DNA of 64,000 nt from Octopus vulgaris. Taxonomy: Eukaryota. Below are positions 37,103 to 50,289 of the stretch, in pieces; the first letter of the stretch is position 1; each line of letters starts with the position of its first letter. The stretch covers positions 81,034,001 to 81,098,000 of the forward strand of contig OX597826.1 in the NCBI GenBank assembly GCA_951406725.2. The letters run 5' to 3'. The position numbers were made by a program, and so were the translations under genes. Below the pieces are notes generated by a model that made no database searches, was not told the origin of the DNA, and was given only the letters and a program-made list of their open reading frames with translations.

Positions 37103-37301
37103 ATTTGCATATATGCATGTTTGTGTATATGTGTGTGTTACGTATGATTTTCTGTTTATGTATCTAGGTATGTGTTTGTCTCTATCTTCTACTTTTTCTT
37201 TTCTTAGTTTGACCACCAACACTATACAGCTCTTTTGCTCTATAGCTATTCTCACAACAAAAACAAGAATTATAATAGTAATGATATTATCAATAATAAA
37301 T

Positions 37302-37358
<57 letters not shown>

Positions 37359-37393
37359 CAAAGTGAAGTTGTAAGGTACCGCACGAGTGGAAT

Positions 37394-37542
37394 TATATAT
37401 GAAAGAAGGTTTGAAAATGCAATTTTTAAAAGATGTTTATTCACTTCCAAGCACCCCTCACACATCTACAGATGTATGAAGGGTGTTTGGAAGTGAATAA
37501 ACATCTTTTAAAATTGCATTTTCAAACCTTCTTTCATATATA
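37394..37542. repeat. ~149-bp near-perfect palindrome between (TA)n tracts
   Basis: ~73-bp arms, 2-nt loop (37468-37469), 3 substitutions and one 1-bp indel. Confidence 0.95.
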
Positions 37543-37552
37543 TATATATATA

Positions 37553-37729
37553 TATATATAATTGTAACAACAAGGGTTTAGCAACAAGTTGCTTGACCAC
37601 ATACCGAAAATTTTAGAAATAGCAGCCAAAAGACTACTATTTCTTTTTCTACAAAAATATGTCTCCACAGACAACAATATTTGTAACAAGCAGCTTGTTG
37701 CTAAACCCTTATTGTTATAATTATATATA
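37553..37729. repeat. 43-bp inverted repeat with ~90-bp spacer
   Basis: ATAATTGTAACAACAAGGGTTTAGCAACAAGTTGCTTG / CAAGCAGCTTGTTGCTAAACCCTTATTGTTATAATTAT. Confidence 0.9.
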
Positions 37730-38421
37730 AAAAAACTTTTTGTATAAGTTTTTATCAAACATGGTCTTTTCCATACCGAAAAACAACTAGGTGAAATTTG
37801 TTGATTTTATTAAATTAATAATTTTTCACCCTATATCTGTAATGATTTTATATATATATATGAAGCATAATTATAATAATTATATCAATAATTAATTGTC
37901 TACTATATATGTGTGGGTTTATAACCTGATTAATATTATGGTTCATCATAATCCTCATTCTTTGTTTTCTGGTCCAAGTCAGTTCATATTTGGAGTAACT
38001 GCTGCTGTATGTGTATACACACGCATGCATGCATACATGTGTGTGTTGTGACAGTAATAGTAGTAATGGTGGTGGTGGTCTGTCTGTCTGTCTTATATGT
38101 TTGTGTTTCATGACTGTATAACTCTCAGTACAGGTGTGTGTGTGTGTGTGTGTGTCTGTGTGTATTTGGATCTTTTATATCATCATCATAATCATCATTC
38201 TCTATTATTATTTTTATCGAATAAATTCAAATTTAGTCATTATTTTCTTATCTGATCATTTTTGTTATTTTTGTATTTTATCTTTCCAAAAATTTTTTTT
38301 ATCAGATATTGAATTTTTATAGTTCTTCTTCAAAATTGTCCTTTTTCTTTTTTTTTTTTTTTTTTTTCATTTTCTACAAATATCATAATTTTACATTCAT
38401 ATATCATTATTTCTTTCAATA

Positions 38422-38615
38422 TGGCAGTGAGCTGGCAGAGACGCTAGCACGCCAGACGAAATGCTCAGCGGTATTTTGTCTGTCTTTATGTTCTGAGTTC
38501 AAATTGCGCTGAGGTTGACTTTGCCTTTTATCCTTTCGGAGCCGATAAGTTAAGTACCAGTTGCGCACTGGAGTCGATCTAACCGACTGGCCCCCTTCCC
38601 CAAAATTTCAGGCCT
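38422..38615 (+). mobile_element. SINE family B
   Basis: GGCAGTGAGCTGGCAGAGACGCTAGC...AAGTACCAGTTGCGCACTGG. Confidence 0.85.
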
Positions 38616-38726
38616 TTTCTCTGTTTCAGTGTGGTTGACCTGGTTTCCGTTCTTATTCTGGGTCATTTCAATTTTTACCACTTACTTTGAAGCCCTCAAT
38701 GCTTCAAAAAGAAAGCCATGTTTTTC

Positions 38727-39095
38727 CGAGTGACTCTGTGGTAAGTAGCTTGCTTACCAACCACATGGTTCTGGGTTCAATCCCACTGCATGGCACTTTG
38801 GGCAAGTGTCTTCTACTATAGCCTCGGGCCGACCAAAGCCTTGTGAATGGATTTGGTAGGCAGAAACTGAAAATATATATATATATGTATGTGTGTGTAT
38901 ATGTCTGTGTGTCTGTGTTTGTCCCCCAACATCACTTGACAACTAATGCTGGTGTGTTTACGTCCCTGTAACTTAGCGGTTTGGCAAAAGAGATTGATAG
39001 AATAAGTACTAGGCTTACAAAGAATAAGTCCTGGAGTCGATTTGCTCGACTTAAGGCGGTGCTCCAGTCAAATGACTGAAACAAGTAAGAGTTAA
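38727..39095 (+). mobile_element. SINE family A
   Basis: GTGGTAAGTAGCTTGCTTACCAACC...GGGTTCAATCCC...ATGACTGAAACAAGTAA. Confidence 0.9.
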
Positions 39096-39290
39096 AGATT
39101 AATTAAAATTTGCTGGCTTCAAAACCTTGGCCAAAGCAACTGAGTCAAACAGAGTTATCTGCCCTTCTCAGGGACACAATATAACCCCTACAATAGAATG
39201 CTTGGCCCCTGACTAGCAGCAGGCCAATTGTGCAATACTCTGGTGTCTGCCTGTCACAATCCTTGTGATTCATGATAATCCATATAATAA

Positions 39291-39554
39291 TCTTTTACTG
39301 TGGAAATCAGAGATATATATCCACTCAAAATTTCATTACCCTTAACTGCAGGAAGCTGTTTTTGTACCGATCTGTCTTTTGTTCAGGAATATCATGCTTG
39401 AAACCACTTTCTCTTGAGACATGTCAAGTTTATTGAGGCATCGTGATTTGCAGAAAAATACCAATTCTATATATCTTTTTTTTTTTTTGTGTCTTGGTAG
39501 ATATTTCACATTATTACTGCAATAACCATGAAATTTAATTTTGCAGTGAAAAGC
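39291..39554 (+). mobile_element. Old TTAA-type (piggyBac-like) MITE
   Basis: Ends CTTTTACTG / GCAGTGAAAAG; colinear with 57480-58083 (TTACCCTTAACTGCAGGAAGC, TGTCAAGTTTA.TGAGGCA, CCATGAAATTTAATTTT). Confidence 0.6.
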
Positions 39555-40137
39555 TGAATGCAACCCATGTTCTTCCGTAACTAGGCTTTGTGCAACTCTA
39601 AGGGAAGTCAACCGAATGAGGGGAGAAATAAATGATTACGTAGTGGTGGAGGTGTTGGTAGGGACGTTTTACTGATAAAAATACAGATTGGTATTTTATT
39701 TTCTGGGGTTCCAAAAGGAGGAAATTCAAAGTTGATTTTGCCTGATTTGAATTCAAATCATAAGGAGCTGAAATATGAAGAAGTTAATTATAATAATTGT
39801 TTCTGGTTTAGGTAGAAGACTGGCAATTATGATGGGGCTTGGTTAAATTGGAGGCTTGGTTAAATTGATACTATCAACCCCAGTATTTAACTGGTACTCT
39901 ATTTTATCAACACCAGGGGAATGACAAGTAAAGTTAACCTCAGTGAGACTCGGAATGTAAAGAGCTGGAAGGAATGCTGCTAGACATTTCTTTCTGCTGA
40001 TTCTACTGATTCTACCAATCTGTCATCTTAGAATTGTTTGTCATGGAGGCAGAAGACCAGCAATTTTGATGGGGTGGCTATTTCAAACTATCCACCCTGA
40101 AATATAAAGAGCTGGAAGAACTACACGTATTTTATCC

Positions 40138-40415
40138 CAGTGCTTCCCCAAATTTTTGGGGGCTGCTGTCCCCTTGACACTCGAGCCACACTCCTAGTGC
40201 CCACCTCCACTCCCATTCAGCACCACAAACGCAGACAACTTTCTGCAGCAAATTCAAAACAGTTTTTCACAAATAAAACTTAACCTAATTAACCTGTTAT
40301 TTCTGGGTGGGTGGGTACACCCATCATCTCCTTTTGGGCACCCTACTATTGCCCCTCTTGATCTTTCCACCACTCATGGGATGGGGGTGGCACTACTGCC
40401 CACTTTGGGAACCTG
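40138..40415. mobile_element. hAT-type MITE with perfect 8-bp TSD
   Basis: CAGTGCTTCCC...TTTGGGAACCTG; TSD TTTTATCC at 40130-40137 and 40416-40423; same family as 7056-7353. Confidence 0.9.
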
Positions 40416-42143
40416 TTTTATCCGATGCTCTGTCATCCTTTTAATGTCCACTTTTCCATGCTTGCATGGGTCAGACTGAGTTTTTGGAGATAGATTTCCT
40501 ATGGCAGGATGTTCTTCCTGTCACCAAACATGTTTCCAAGCAAGGTAATATTTCCCTGTGGCCAGACAGGTTTTCACTGAAATAAATAACTGACAATCGT
40601 TTTACAATGTATCATGTGATGTCAAGGCAAGGAGACACACACATATACACAACTTCTTTCAGTTTCCATCTGCCAAATCCAATCACAAGACTTTGGTCAG
40701 CCCAGGGCTATAGTTGAAGACACTGGTCCAAAGTGCCACACAGTGGGACTGAACCCAGACCCATGTGGTCGGACAGCAAACCACAGCCATTCTGGTACCT
40801 AACCGTTCTGGCAGCCCGTTGCTCTTAATAATTGTTACTAATTTAATCCTAAGCTCAGCAGATTTGATGGGAGGGGCTTGTGAATACCATCATCATCCCC
40901 CAGTACGTGACTGGTATTTTATTTTATCAACCCTGAAAGAACAAAAGATGAAGCTAATCTTGGTGGGATTTGAACTGAAACCATCAAGAGCTGTCACAAC
41001 ACTTTAGAATATTTAATTTCCTAATCTTCATGAAATTTTTCAAGCAACAGACTGGAGCAGAACCGTTTCTCATTTTATTTTATTTTATTCATTTATATAT
41101 ATATATTTTTTGTACAGTCTCTTGGAAATGTTATCATGCTCCGGCTGCCTTGTTCTATCAATTGTGGATTTAAAAAAAAATTATCAGCTGGTTTTTGTTT
41201 TGTTTTTCCTGATTGTTGTTGTTGTTGTTATTTTGTCTTATTCAGTTTCTCAATTATTTAGTAACGAGATGATCAGAAGACTTGATAACTTTCAGCCTAA
41301 ATGTAGGCCAATTTCTATTTGTGGTGGTGGTGGTGGTGGCAAAGGTGGTGTGGTGTATTTTACCTTGATGGTGATGGTGGTGGTGGCAAAGGTGCTGATG
41401 GATGTTGCTGTTGCTTCTTCTTCAGAATTGTCACTCAACCATACTTTCTTCTCATCACACCTGAAGCTATCACCATTAACTCTCTCTCTCTCTCTCTCTC
41501 TCATGACTAAATTATGTGCCTACATGTCTACCTCTTATGTGTCTCTATTTCATGTAGCTGTATGTATGAGTTTCTTTATTACCCACAAGGGGCTAAACAC
41601 AGAGGGGACAAACAAGGACAGACAAACGGATTAAGTCGATTACATTGACCCCAGTACATAACTGGTACTTAATTTATCGACGCCGAAAGAATGAAAGGCA
41701 AAGTACCAGGCTTAAAATTGAGTGCTGGGTTGATTTATTCAACTAGACACTTTCAAGGTGGTGCCTGCCCCAGCATGGCCACAGTCCTATGACTAAAACC
41801 TGTACGTGTGTATGCATGTCGATTTGAGTGTTCAGAAAGTAACATCCCTTTCCTCCTCCCTTCCACTTTCTCCTCTCTCTTTTCCTCTTTCCCTCCTCTC
41901 CTCCCCCCTTTCCCCCCACCAACCTGTCTAATCAATACTCCATCTATTAACGAAGTAATGTCTCAGCTTGATTTACTTCAGTCAATAGAACAAACTCTAT
42001 TTAATAATATTTAATTAAAATACAATGCATCACTGTTGTCTGTCCGTTTTAGGGAATTAGTAATCAGGGTCCACTAGAGAAGGCCTTTATTTTCACCATT
42101 CATGACCCCAAAGGGGTTCTTCGTTTTGATCTCTTTACTCATT

Positions 42144-42178
<35 letters not shown>

Positions 42179-42628
42179 TCACACACAGACAGACATGCAT
42201 ATTCATACACATACATGTGTGTGCATCATCATCATCATCATCAGTCTATTTTCCATGCTAGCAAGCTAGGGAGCTGCGTCAGGCTCCGGTTGTCTGTTCT
42301 GGCAAGGTTTCTACAGCAGGATGCCCCTCCTAACCCCAACCACTCCACAGTGCGCTGCTGCTTTTACGTAGAGCCACCACCAGTGCTATATACATGGCAC
42401 CAGTGTGGGTGCTTTCTATGTGGCACCCAGAAAGTATTCCCATCCTCAGTGGTGAGGGATAGAAACCTCAAACGCAACCACTGCTCCTTGCTACACATTG
42501 CACTCCTTCATGTCACCATTCCATCTTTGTCTCAGATAAAATTCTTACTCTATATTTCGTTGCCTTTGGATTTTCTGGAGTTCTTCACCAATATAAAAAC
42601 ATTTTGTTAACCTCGTGTTTTTAGTATT

Positions 42629-42671
<43 letters not shown>

Positions 42672-42714
42672 TGGGAAGTATTTTGCCAAGATTAATAATT
42701 CTTTATTGATAACA

Positions 42715-43012
42715 CACACACACACTTATACATATATACATGCATATATATATACATATGTATCTATATATATATACGTCTAACATATATATATATATAC
42801 ACATACGTATGTATATATATATATATACATATGTATGTATATATATACATATGTATATATATACATATGTATGTATATATATACATATGTATATATATAC
42901 ATATGTATATATCATCATCATCATGATGATGATGATGATATATACATATGTATATATATACATACGTATGTATATATATATACATACGTATGTATATATA
43001 TATATACATACG

Positions 43013-43050
<38 letters not shown>
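42715..43050. repeat. Compound (TA/CA/TG)n microsatellite with central (ATC)4-AT-(GAT)5 palindrome
   Basis: Directly visible. Confidence 0.95.
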
Positions 43051-43054
<4 letters not shown>

Positions 43055-44751
43055 CGTACATAAATATATGATCCTTCATGTGTTATGTTGTTGTGTCAGG
43101 TTATTAATTGTCAACTCTGCAGCTAACCGTTTCCAGCGCCTCATTCCTCACACTTCCACACCGTATCACGTATCAAGCCATCTGTCTTATCGTTAGACAG
43201 TTTTGTTTTGAGGGTCGACTACCTGTTGAGAATGCTTTTCCTGTTCATATGCAACGGCGAGGTTACTATATAAACGTGTGTGCGCATACTTTCACCCGTG
43301 TGTGTATGTGTGTGTACACACGCTCGTGTGTATATATATATATATATATAGTGGCACACTTATGTATGCGTATATGCTTACACATATATGTTTTCCTTGC
43401 CTGAAGCTGTTAGACAATTTACCACGATAAAGCAAAAGCAAAATAAAAACAAAAAACGACAATATTGCCCGATATATTGGCTGTATTGAATGACGTAAAT
43501 GAATTTTGGATTCTATTAATAATTTCTGCAGCTATTAACTCTCTATTTACTCTCCACTTACGCTCTATTAACTCTCTATTTAAACTCTATATTCCAGCCT
43601 TACTCTCTTGACGTGTTGCCTTGTTTTTGTTTGTTTCATTCTTTTCCACTTTCTTATCTCTTTTTGTTTATTGTTTTTAGTGCATCATATTTTTGTTTTC
43701 GTTTACCATTCTGTACAATGATGAAAGAATGCAACCGTGGAAGGAAACTCTATACAGTTGCTTGACATGCTAGAAATAGCAGCCTAATCTCTGCTGTTCA
43801 CCGTCTACTGTCTCACAAAAGTAAGAAAGACTTAATCTAGTCCTGTATAGACTGTACCTAATAATAAGATGCGATGGCCATTATAGGAATGTCTTTACTC
43901 CTTTGCCTGTCCAAAGCTTTTTCCTATGTCTGTCCTAAACATCCGTGCTTGTATTCATACTCTGAAGTCTTCCCTTGTCGCATATGAAAAGAAATTTCTA
44001 TATTACTCGGAGTATAAGTCCCAAGTTACTCCAATGGTTGATAAAAACATTGGGAATCTGTACAATTATACGATGCATGGACCCTGGGGAAAGGTCCTGT
44101 GCGACACATGGGTTAGACAGGAGAGACAAAGGGTCAGTCATGGGTCTGCAGAATTAAACAACAATAAACAACCTGACAAAGAAAAGCTAAAAAAGGAACA
44201 AAAAGCTAAATTTCTGTTTTACATCTTTTTTATTCCATAACCGAGGAGTTCTATAATTATTCTCTCCAATATGTTACTGGGCAAATTTTGCAAAGAGTAT
44301 AGGCGGCACGCTGGCAGAATCGTTTCGGTTTTTTATTAATCTTTGTTTGCTGGACCAAATGCTTATTGGCATTTCGTCTGTCTGAGTTCAAATCCTGCGG
44401 AGGTCGACTTGGGATCGAAAAATAAATACCATCTGAGCACTGGGGTTGATGTAAACGACTTATGCCCTCCTCCGAAATTGCTGGCCTTGTGCCAAAATTT
44501 GAAACCAATATGTTATCGACCTTGGAGATGAAAGACAGTTCTAACCTCTGTTTGGATTTTGAACACAAATGTTAAGCACTGGGTTAGATCTCATAAGGAA
44601 TACTAGTCAGGACCCTAACAGTTGTACCAAACATTTTCCATTCTATACTTAGGTAAATATTATCTCCTTAAATTAGCCCTACAGGTATTCTCTTGTGATT
44701 AGACTGTGCTACGTTAATCTGTCTTATCACATTACTATTCAGTCTACCTTC

Positions 44752-44880
44752 CTACCTACAAAATATCCTTTTTTACTTCCTACCTGTGATCATTCCTTTA
44801 CCTACAAAATTTCCCCCTTCCTACCTGTGATCATTCCTTTACCTACAAAATTTCCCCCTTCCTACATGGGATCATTCCTT
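44752..44880. repeat. 41-bp tandem repeat, ~3 copies
   Basis: CTTCCTACCTGTGATCATTCCTTTACCTACAAAATTTCCCC at 44776 and 44817, with partial copies on both sides. Confidence 0.9.
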
Positions 44881-46814
44881 CACTCATGATCCGGCAGTCA
44901 GCCTCCTACTCTCTTACCTGCTTCCAAACCCCTCATCAGTCTCCAATTCTCTCCTCTACCCATTACTCTTTTATTCTATCACCAGCCCTTTCATCTGCCT
45001 AGAATTCCTTCTCCACTGTCTCTTAAGTCTCTCATGAGCCCCAGGACACTTCAATCTGAATAACTGACATTACAATACCTCCCACCTGGATGGGATGCCA
45101 GTCTGTTGCAAGGTTAACTTACCAGCAATTGTTGGAAATCATTTACAGCTGACTTAACTGGAGCAACATGAAATGACCTGGCTCTCTGCTAAGTGACAAT
45201 GACGAAGATTCCAGTTGATCCGATCAACAGAACAGCCTTCTCATGGAATTAACGTGCAAGTGCTGAACTCTCCTGAAAACATGCAGAGCCTTAACATAGG
45301 CCACACAGCTTCATCTACTGTCCCTTAATTTCCCTACAATCCTTAATCTTCAAAACTATCCTTCTAGGAGTTCACTGATGCTATATCTTCTCCACCAAAT
45401 GCTGCGTTCCTTCCACACAGCTCAAAAGATCATGGATTTCTAAAGAACGGAAGTGAACAGCGCTGTTGGAAATGGCTTCTAAAGAAAGGCCGATGCATCA
45501 GACTTCATTCTCCTCTTACTTACTTTCAACAAAATTAATCTCTTGTCCTGTCTTTTGAAAACGTTCTTAAATATATGTTTTGCTTTATTTTTTTTTTTTT
45601 CAGAAATAAAAATAGCTAACTAGTTAGTAATCCTTATTTTAAATTTTTCTTTGAAATTTCTTACAATGTGTGTGTGTTTATACATACATACATGTGTGTG
45701 TGTTTATACGTACATACATACATGTGTGTGTATAATGAGTTAAGCCTATTGTGCTGAACACTGTCTGGTGCACCTAGCTGACAAGAAGCATGCAACTGCA
45801 ATCAACAACCAAGAAAATAAGAAGAAAGAAAATCTGTAGCCATTAAATAATTACTGCACCTGAACAACTTAGTATTATTCTCATTATTGCACCTGGATGG
45901 CTTGCATCGTTCCATATGAAGATGACTTTACAAGAGCTATAAAAAAAGACAAAATTTACACACACACACACACACACATATATGATGTATTTATTAATTT
46001 CTTTGTTTTACCGTTTCTTTATGTTTCTGTCAAGGCTATTATTCTTACCTGTCTCCAAGAGATTGACATATTGTCTTGTTCAGATCATTTACAGTAGTTA
46101 TTCAAACATGCTCGCTACCACTGAAAACGAAACTGGTGGAATTTCATTCTGTTCTTCACCGTTATTTTAAGACTTGACACTCATACTTCAATATTTTAAC
46201 ACACACAATCATAACTTCTGACGTCGATTCACCAGGAATAAAGTAAAATGAAATGAAATAAAAATAGATAAATTGATAATAAGAAAAAAAAACGAGGTAA
46301 TGATTTATTGATTTTTAAAAGGTAGAAACGTATACCATTGATAGAATTAATGTTAGTTTATCATAGGTAAATATTTTAACGACCACCAGAGGAATGGTTT
46401 GTTAGCCTCACTCCATGCATGCTGCATGGGAGAATGTGAGCTCACATTTGTCTGTGAAGGGTTTCAATTTGGTCAGACTGAATCAAAGTCATAGTGGCCC
46501 TTACCTAGGTGGACATACACAGTGTCTTTTAACTGTTATTGTTTACTTGTCTCAGTCATTAGACTGTGGCCATGCTGGGGCATGACCTTGAAAAATTTTA
46601 GTTGAAGAAATCAACCCCAATGCTTTTTTTTAAGCTTTGTACTTATTCTATCAATCTATTTTGCCGAACCGCTAAGTTACATGGACTTAAACACACCAAC
46701 ACCAATCAAGAAGCAGTGGTGGGGTCAAACACAGACACTGAAACTTCTCAAGCATCCTGTCCTGCATGCTAACAGTTCTGCCACCTCACAACCTTTCTAA
46801 TAATAATAATAATA

Positions 46815-47030
46815 ATTTTCTAGTATAGGCACAAGGCCTGAAATTTTCAGGGAGGAAGCTAGTTGATTACATCAACCCCAGTAGTCAACTGGTATTTATT
46901 TTATTGACCTTGAGAGGATGAAAGGCAAAGTCAAGCTCGATGGAATTTGAACTCGGAATCTGAAGATGAATGAAATACTGCTGAGCATTTTGTCCAGTTT
47001 ACTAACGATTCTGCTAGCTTGTTGTCTTAA
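46815..47030 (-). mobile_element. SINE family B
   Basis: AGGATGAAAGGCAAAGTC...GGAATTTGAACTC...ACGATTCTGCTAGCT. Confidence 0.8.
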
Positions 47031-47140
47031 TAACATTAAGAAGAAGAAGAAGAGTCCTCTGCAGGGTTCTTGAAGCAGGATCTGTAAACAAGTATCACCT
47101 CAATCTTCTGGCTGTGGGCAGCTGACACTTTCCATCAAAT

Positions 47141-47179
<39 letters not shown>

Positions 47180-47574
47180 TCCTTTATTCTTTTGCTTCTT
47201 TCAGTCATTTGACTGTGGCCATGCTGGAGCACCACCTTTTAGTCGATCAAATCGACCCCAGGACTTATTCTTTGTAAGCCTAGTACTTATTCTATCATTC
47301 TCTTTTGCCAAACCGCTAAGTTACGGGGACGTAAACACACCAGCATCAGTTGTCAAGCGGTGTTGGGGGTGACAAACACAGACACACACGCACATACACA
47401 TATATATACATACGATGGGCTTCTTTCAGTTTCCGTCTACGAAATCCACTCACAAGGCTTTGGTCAGCCCGAGGCTATAGTAGAAGACACTTGCCCAAGT
47501 GCCATACAGTGGGACTGAACTCAGAACCATGAGGTTGGTAAGCAAGCTACTTACCACACATCCACTCCTGTACC

Positions 47575-47575
<1 letters not shown>
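47180..47575 (-). mobile_element. SINE family A inserted in a (TAA)n tract
   Basis: Full-length copy with (TAA)n on both sides. Confidence 0.9.
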
Positions 47576-47608
<33 letters not shown>

Positions 47609-47982
47609 TTCTAATATTGATTTAAGGCCCTAAATTTTGAAGGCAGATTAGGTCAAAATTAATCCTAGTATTTAATTAGGACTTTAATTGACCTGAAGGA
47701 CAAAAGGCAATGCAAGACATTTTGTCAAACACTTTGCCGTTTCTGTCTTCCATAATCCTTAAGAACAATAAAAATGGTTTCTAAATGGTTTGAAATTTGA
47801 AGGATGGTACTGTTGATGAAATCAACCTCTGTACTTCACCTTATTGATGCTGGAAAGATGCAAGAGAAAGTTGACATCTGTTGGATGTGACCTCAGAAGA
47901 TAAAAGGCCATAATTAGATCCCTTGAGGTAATTTAACCAATCTTTTCACCACACGTTGGTGTAACACTTAATGGTAATAATC

Positions 47983-48212
47983 TGGCGAGCTGGCAGACAC
48001 GCTAGTGTGCTGGGCGAAATGCTTGGCGGTATTTCGTTTGCCGTTATGGTCTGAGTTCAAATTCCGCCAAGGTCGACTTTGCCTTTTATCCTTACGGAGT
48101 CGATAAATTAAGTACCAGTTACGCACTGGGGTCGATGTAATCGACTTAATCCGTTTGTCTGTCCTTGTTTGTCTCCTCTGTGTTTAGCCCCTTGTGGGTA
48201 GTAAAGAAATAG
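47983..48212 (+). mobile_element. SINE family B, full length
   Basis: Colinear with 9701-9925. Confidence 0.9.
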
Positions 48213-48344
48213 TAGTAATCTTTGTTTTTGCCAGTAGGGGGCACAGACGAAGGAATGATACAAGAACAAGTTAGAAGAAGTAGGGGGTGGTGTTTACACA
48301 GAAATCAGATGAATGGAAAAGAAATAAAAAACGTGATATATAGA

Positions 48345-48712
48345 TGCACACATGACTGTGGTAAGAAGCTTGCTTCCCAACCACATGGTTGTGGGTTCAG
48401 TCCCACTGTGTGACACCTTGGGCAAGAATCTTCTACTACAGCCTCAAGGGACCAAAGCTTTTGAGTGGATTTGGTTGGCAGAAACTGAAAGAAACCCATT
48501 GTGTGTGGGTTTGTCCCCCACCACCACTTGATAACTGGTGTTGGTGTGTTTATGTCCCTGTAACTTAGCAGTTCAGCAAAAGAGACCAATAGAATAAGTA
48601 CCAGGCTTAAAAATAATGAGTCCTAGGTTTGAGTCCTTTGACTCAGGTGCTTCAAAGTACTGCCCCAGCATGGCCATGGTCTAATGACTGAAACAAGTGA
48701 AAGATAAAAGAT
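48345..48712 (+). mobile_element. SINE family A
   Basis: GTGGTAAGAAGCTTGCTTCCCAACC...GGGTTCAGTCCC...ATGACTGAAACAAG. Confidence 0.88.
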
Positions 48713-48889
48713 ACAGTATCCAAATAGGTTACCATTCTCCAAGAGGAGGATTATCACTTAAGGTCGAAAAAGGAATTCCACAGATTCAGGATTATTCTGT
48801 GAGTCTATCAAGGACAAGTCCTCTCCCCCTCTCCCTCTCTCTCTCTCTCAACTGTTGTTCCCTGGCCTATAGACACATACTAAGAGTTA

Positions 48890-49330
48890 GGCCCATCCAT
48901 CTGGGTCTTGCTTGAGGGTCCACTGTCCTTCTCCACTGTTAAATCCCTTTCTTAGTGAACCCTGGAAAAGTCAATGTGGTCTTGGTTGAAGGGGTCAGTG
49001 GCTGTCCTCAGTCCTTTCAGTTATGTCCTTCAATCAAGCTCTTTTGCTGTAGCCAATAGAGGAAAACTGCCTACTTTTCTTTGTCGAAGAAAGGTGACTT
49101 GGCAACCCTCATGAAGGACTCAACCAACGGCTGCATCCATGGTCCTCCATGTGATGGCAGCAGCTGTTCAACAGAATTCCATAAAGTCAGTAATTCTTGG
49201 ATGCTGACTGCTTTTCTCACTCTGTGTGCATCTCTTGTACAGATCTTTGTATGCCTGTAGGGTTTGCCTCTCACCAGCAAAACCCTGTCCTCAACATCAG
49301 ATTAAGACCCATTGAGGCCATAAGCACTTC
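48890..49330 (-). pseudogene. Decayed non-LTR retrotransposon ORF2 C-terminus (L1/Tx1-like)
   Basis: Frameshifted translation LWNSVEQLL...ESFMRV..SPFFDKEK*AVFL..ATAKELD*RT*LKGLRT resembles the region after the zinc knuckle of L1/Tx1 ORF2 (recognised from memory, weak). Confidence 0.4.
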
Positions 49331-50256
49331 AAAGATTTTGGTGCCTCCATGCATATATGTAATTTAAAATATAAACAATAACAAACCATGAAATAAGTTT
49401 TTTTTTCAAAACGAAACAAAACTAACAGCAAGATGGAAAATAATGTTTAGTTTTGTATTCTTCCACTTTAATTAGATTTGAAAAGTTTTCTCCTCCTTTT
49501 TTTAATTGCAAAGTCTTTGATCAGATCCTCTCCATGAAGACTTTGAAATTATATTTCTTATCATGTAAATCACTTTGTTATTTAAGCAACTTTAAAGTGA
49601 TTTCTTTTGTGCTGTAGACCATTTACCAGTTTTGTGATGCTCCACCCTTCCCATAATACATTAAGCACATGCTTATTTTGTTTAATGGTTAATCCAACAG
49701 AACCCTGTCCCCTATATCACAACTAGAACAGGGATTGCAGAAAATTTGTCATAGACCCCCACCAGATCAAAAATTCTTTGAGATAGACCAACCAGTTGAT
49801 TTTTGTCAACTCCCAGAGGCTCTCCCCCAACCAAACCTCTTTGATCTTTCTACCAATGCTCTGTGATAGAATGCTAATGTGCAAATTTCACCAGCTGCAT
49901 TGCACAATTGGTTGAAGGCTAAGTGCAGCTGACACCATTCAAGATTGCAGGTGCCTGGCACTGGTTTTGTTAACTCTGCTGATAATGATAAAGTGAAAAA
50001 TTGCTTTCCTTTCTCTCGTTATTCTTATGAAATTTAAGATAATTGATAATGATCATACATAGTTTGTGTGTGTGTGTGTTTGTGTGTCTGTGTGTCCCTT
50101 TTATATAAGTAGCTGTTCACTTTGCTACTCTCACACTCACACAGACAAGAAAGTCATATGTGGAATGCTTTTGATCGCAGGCTCTGATTCGGAGTTAAAA
50201 CAACACATTTATATACACCCACATAGACACACACACACACACACACACACACTCCC

Positions 50257-50289
<33 letters not shown>

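Noticed and set aside
43926-44240. 104-aa ORF
   Set aside because: No recognisable domain; includes a transposon-end-like TACTCGGAGTATAAG and a low-complexity tail.
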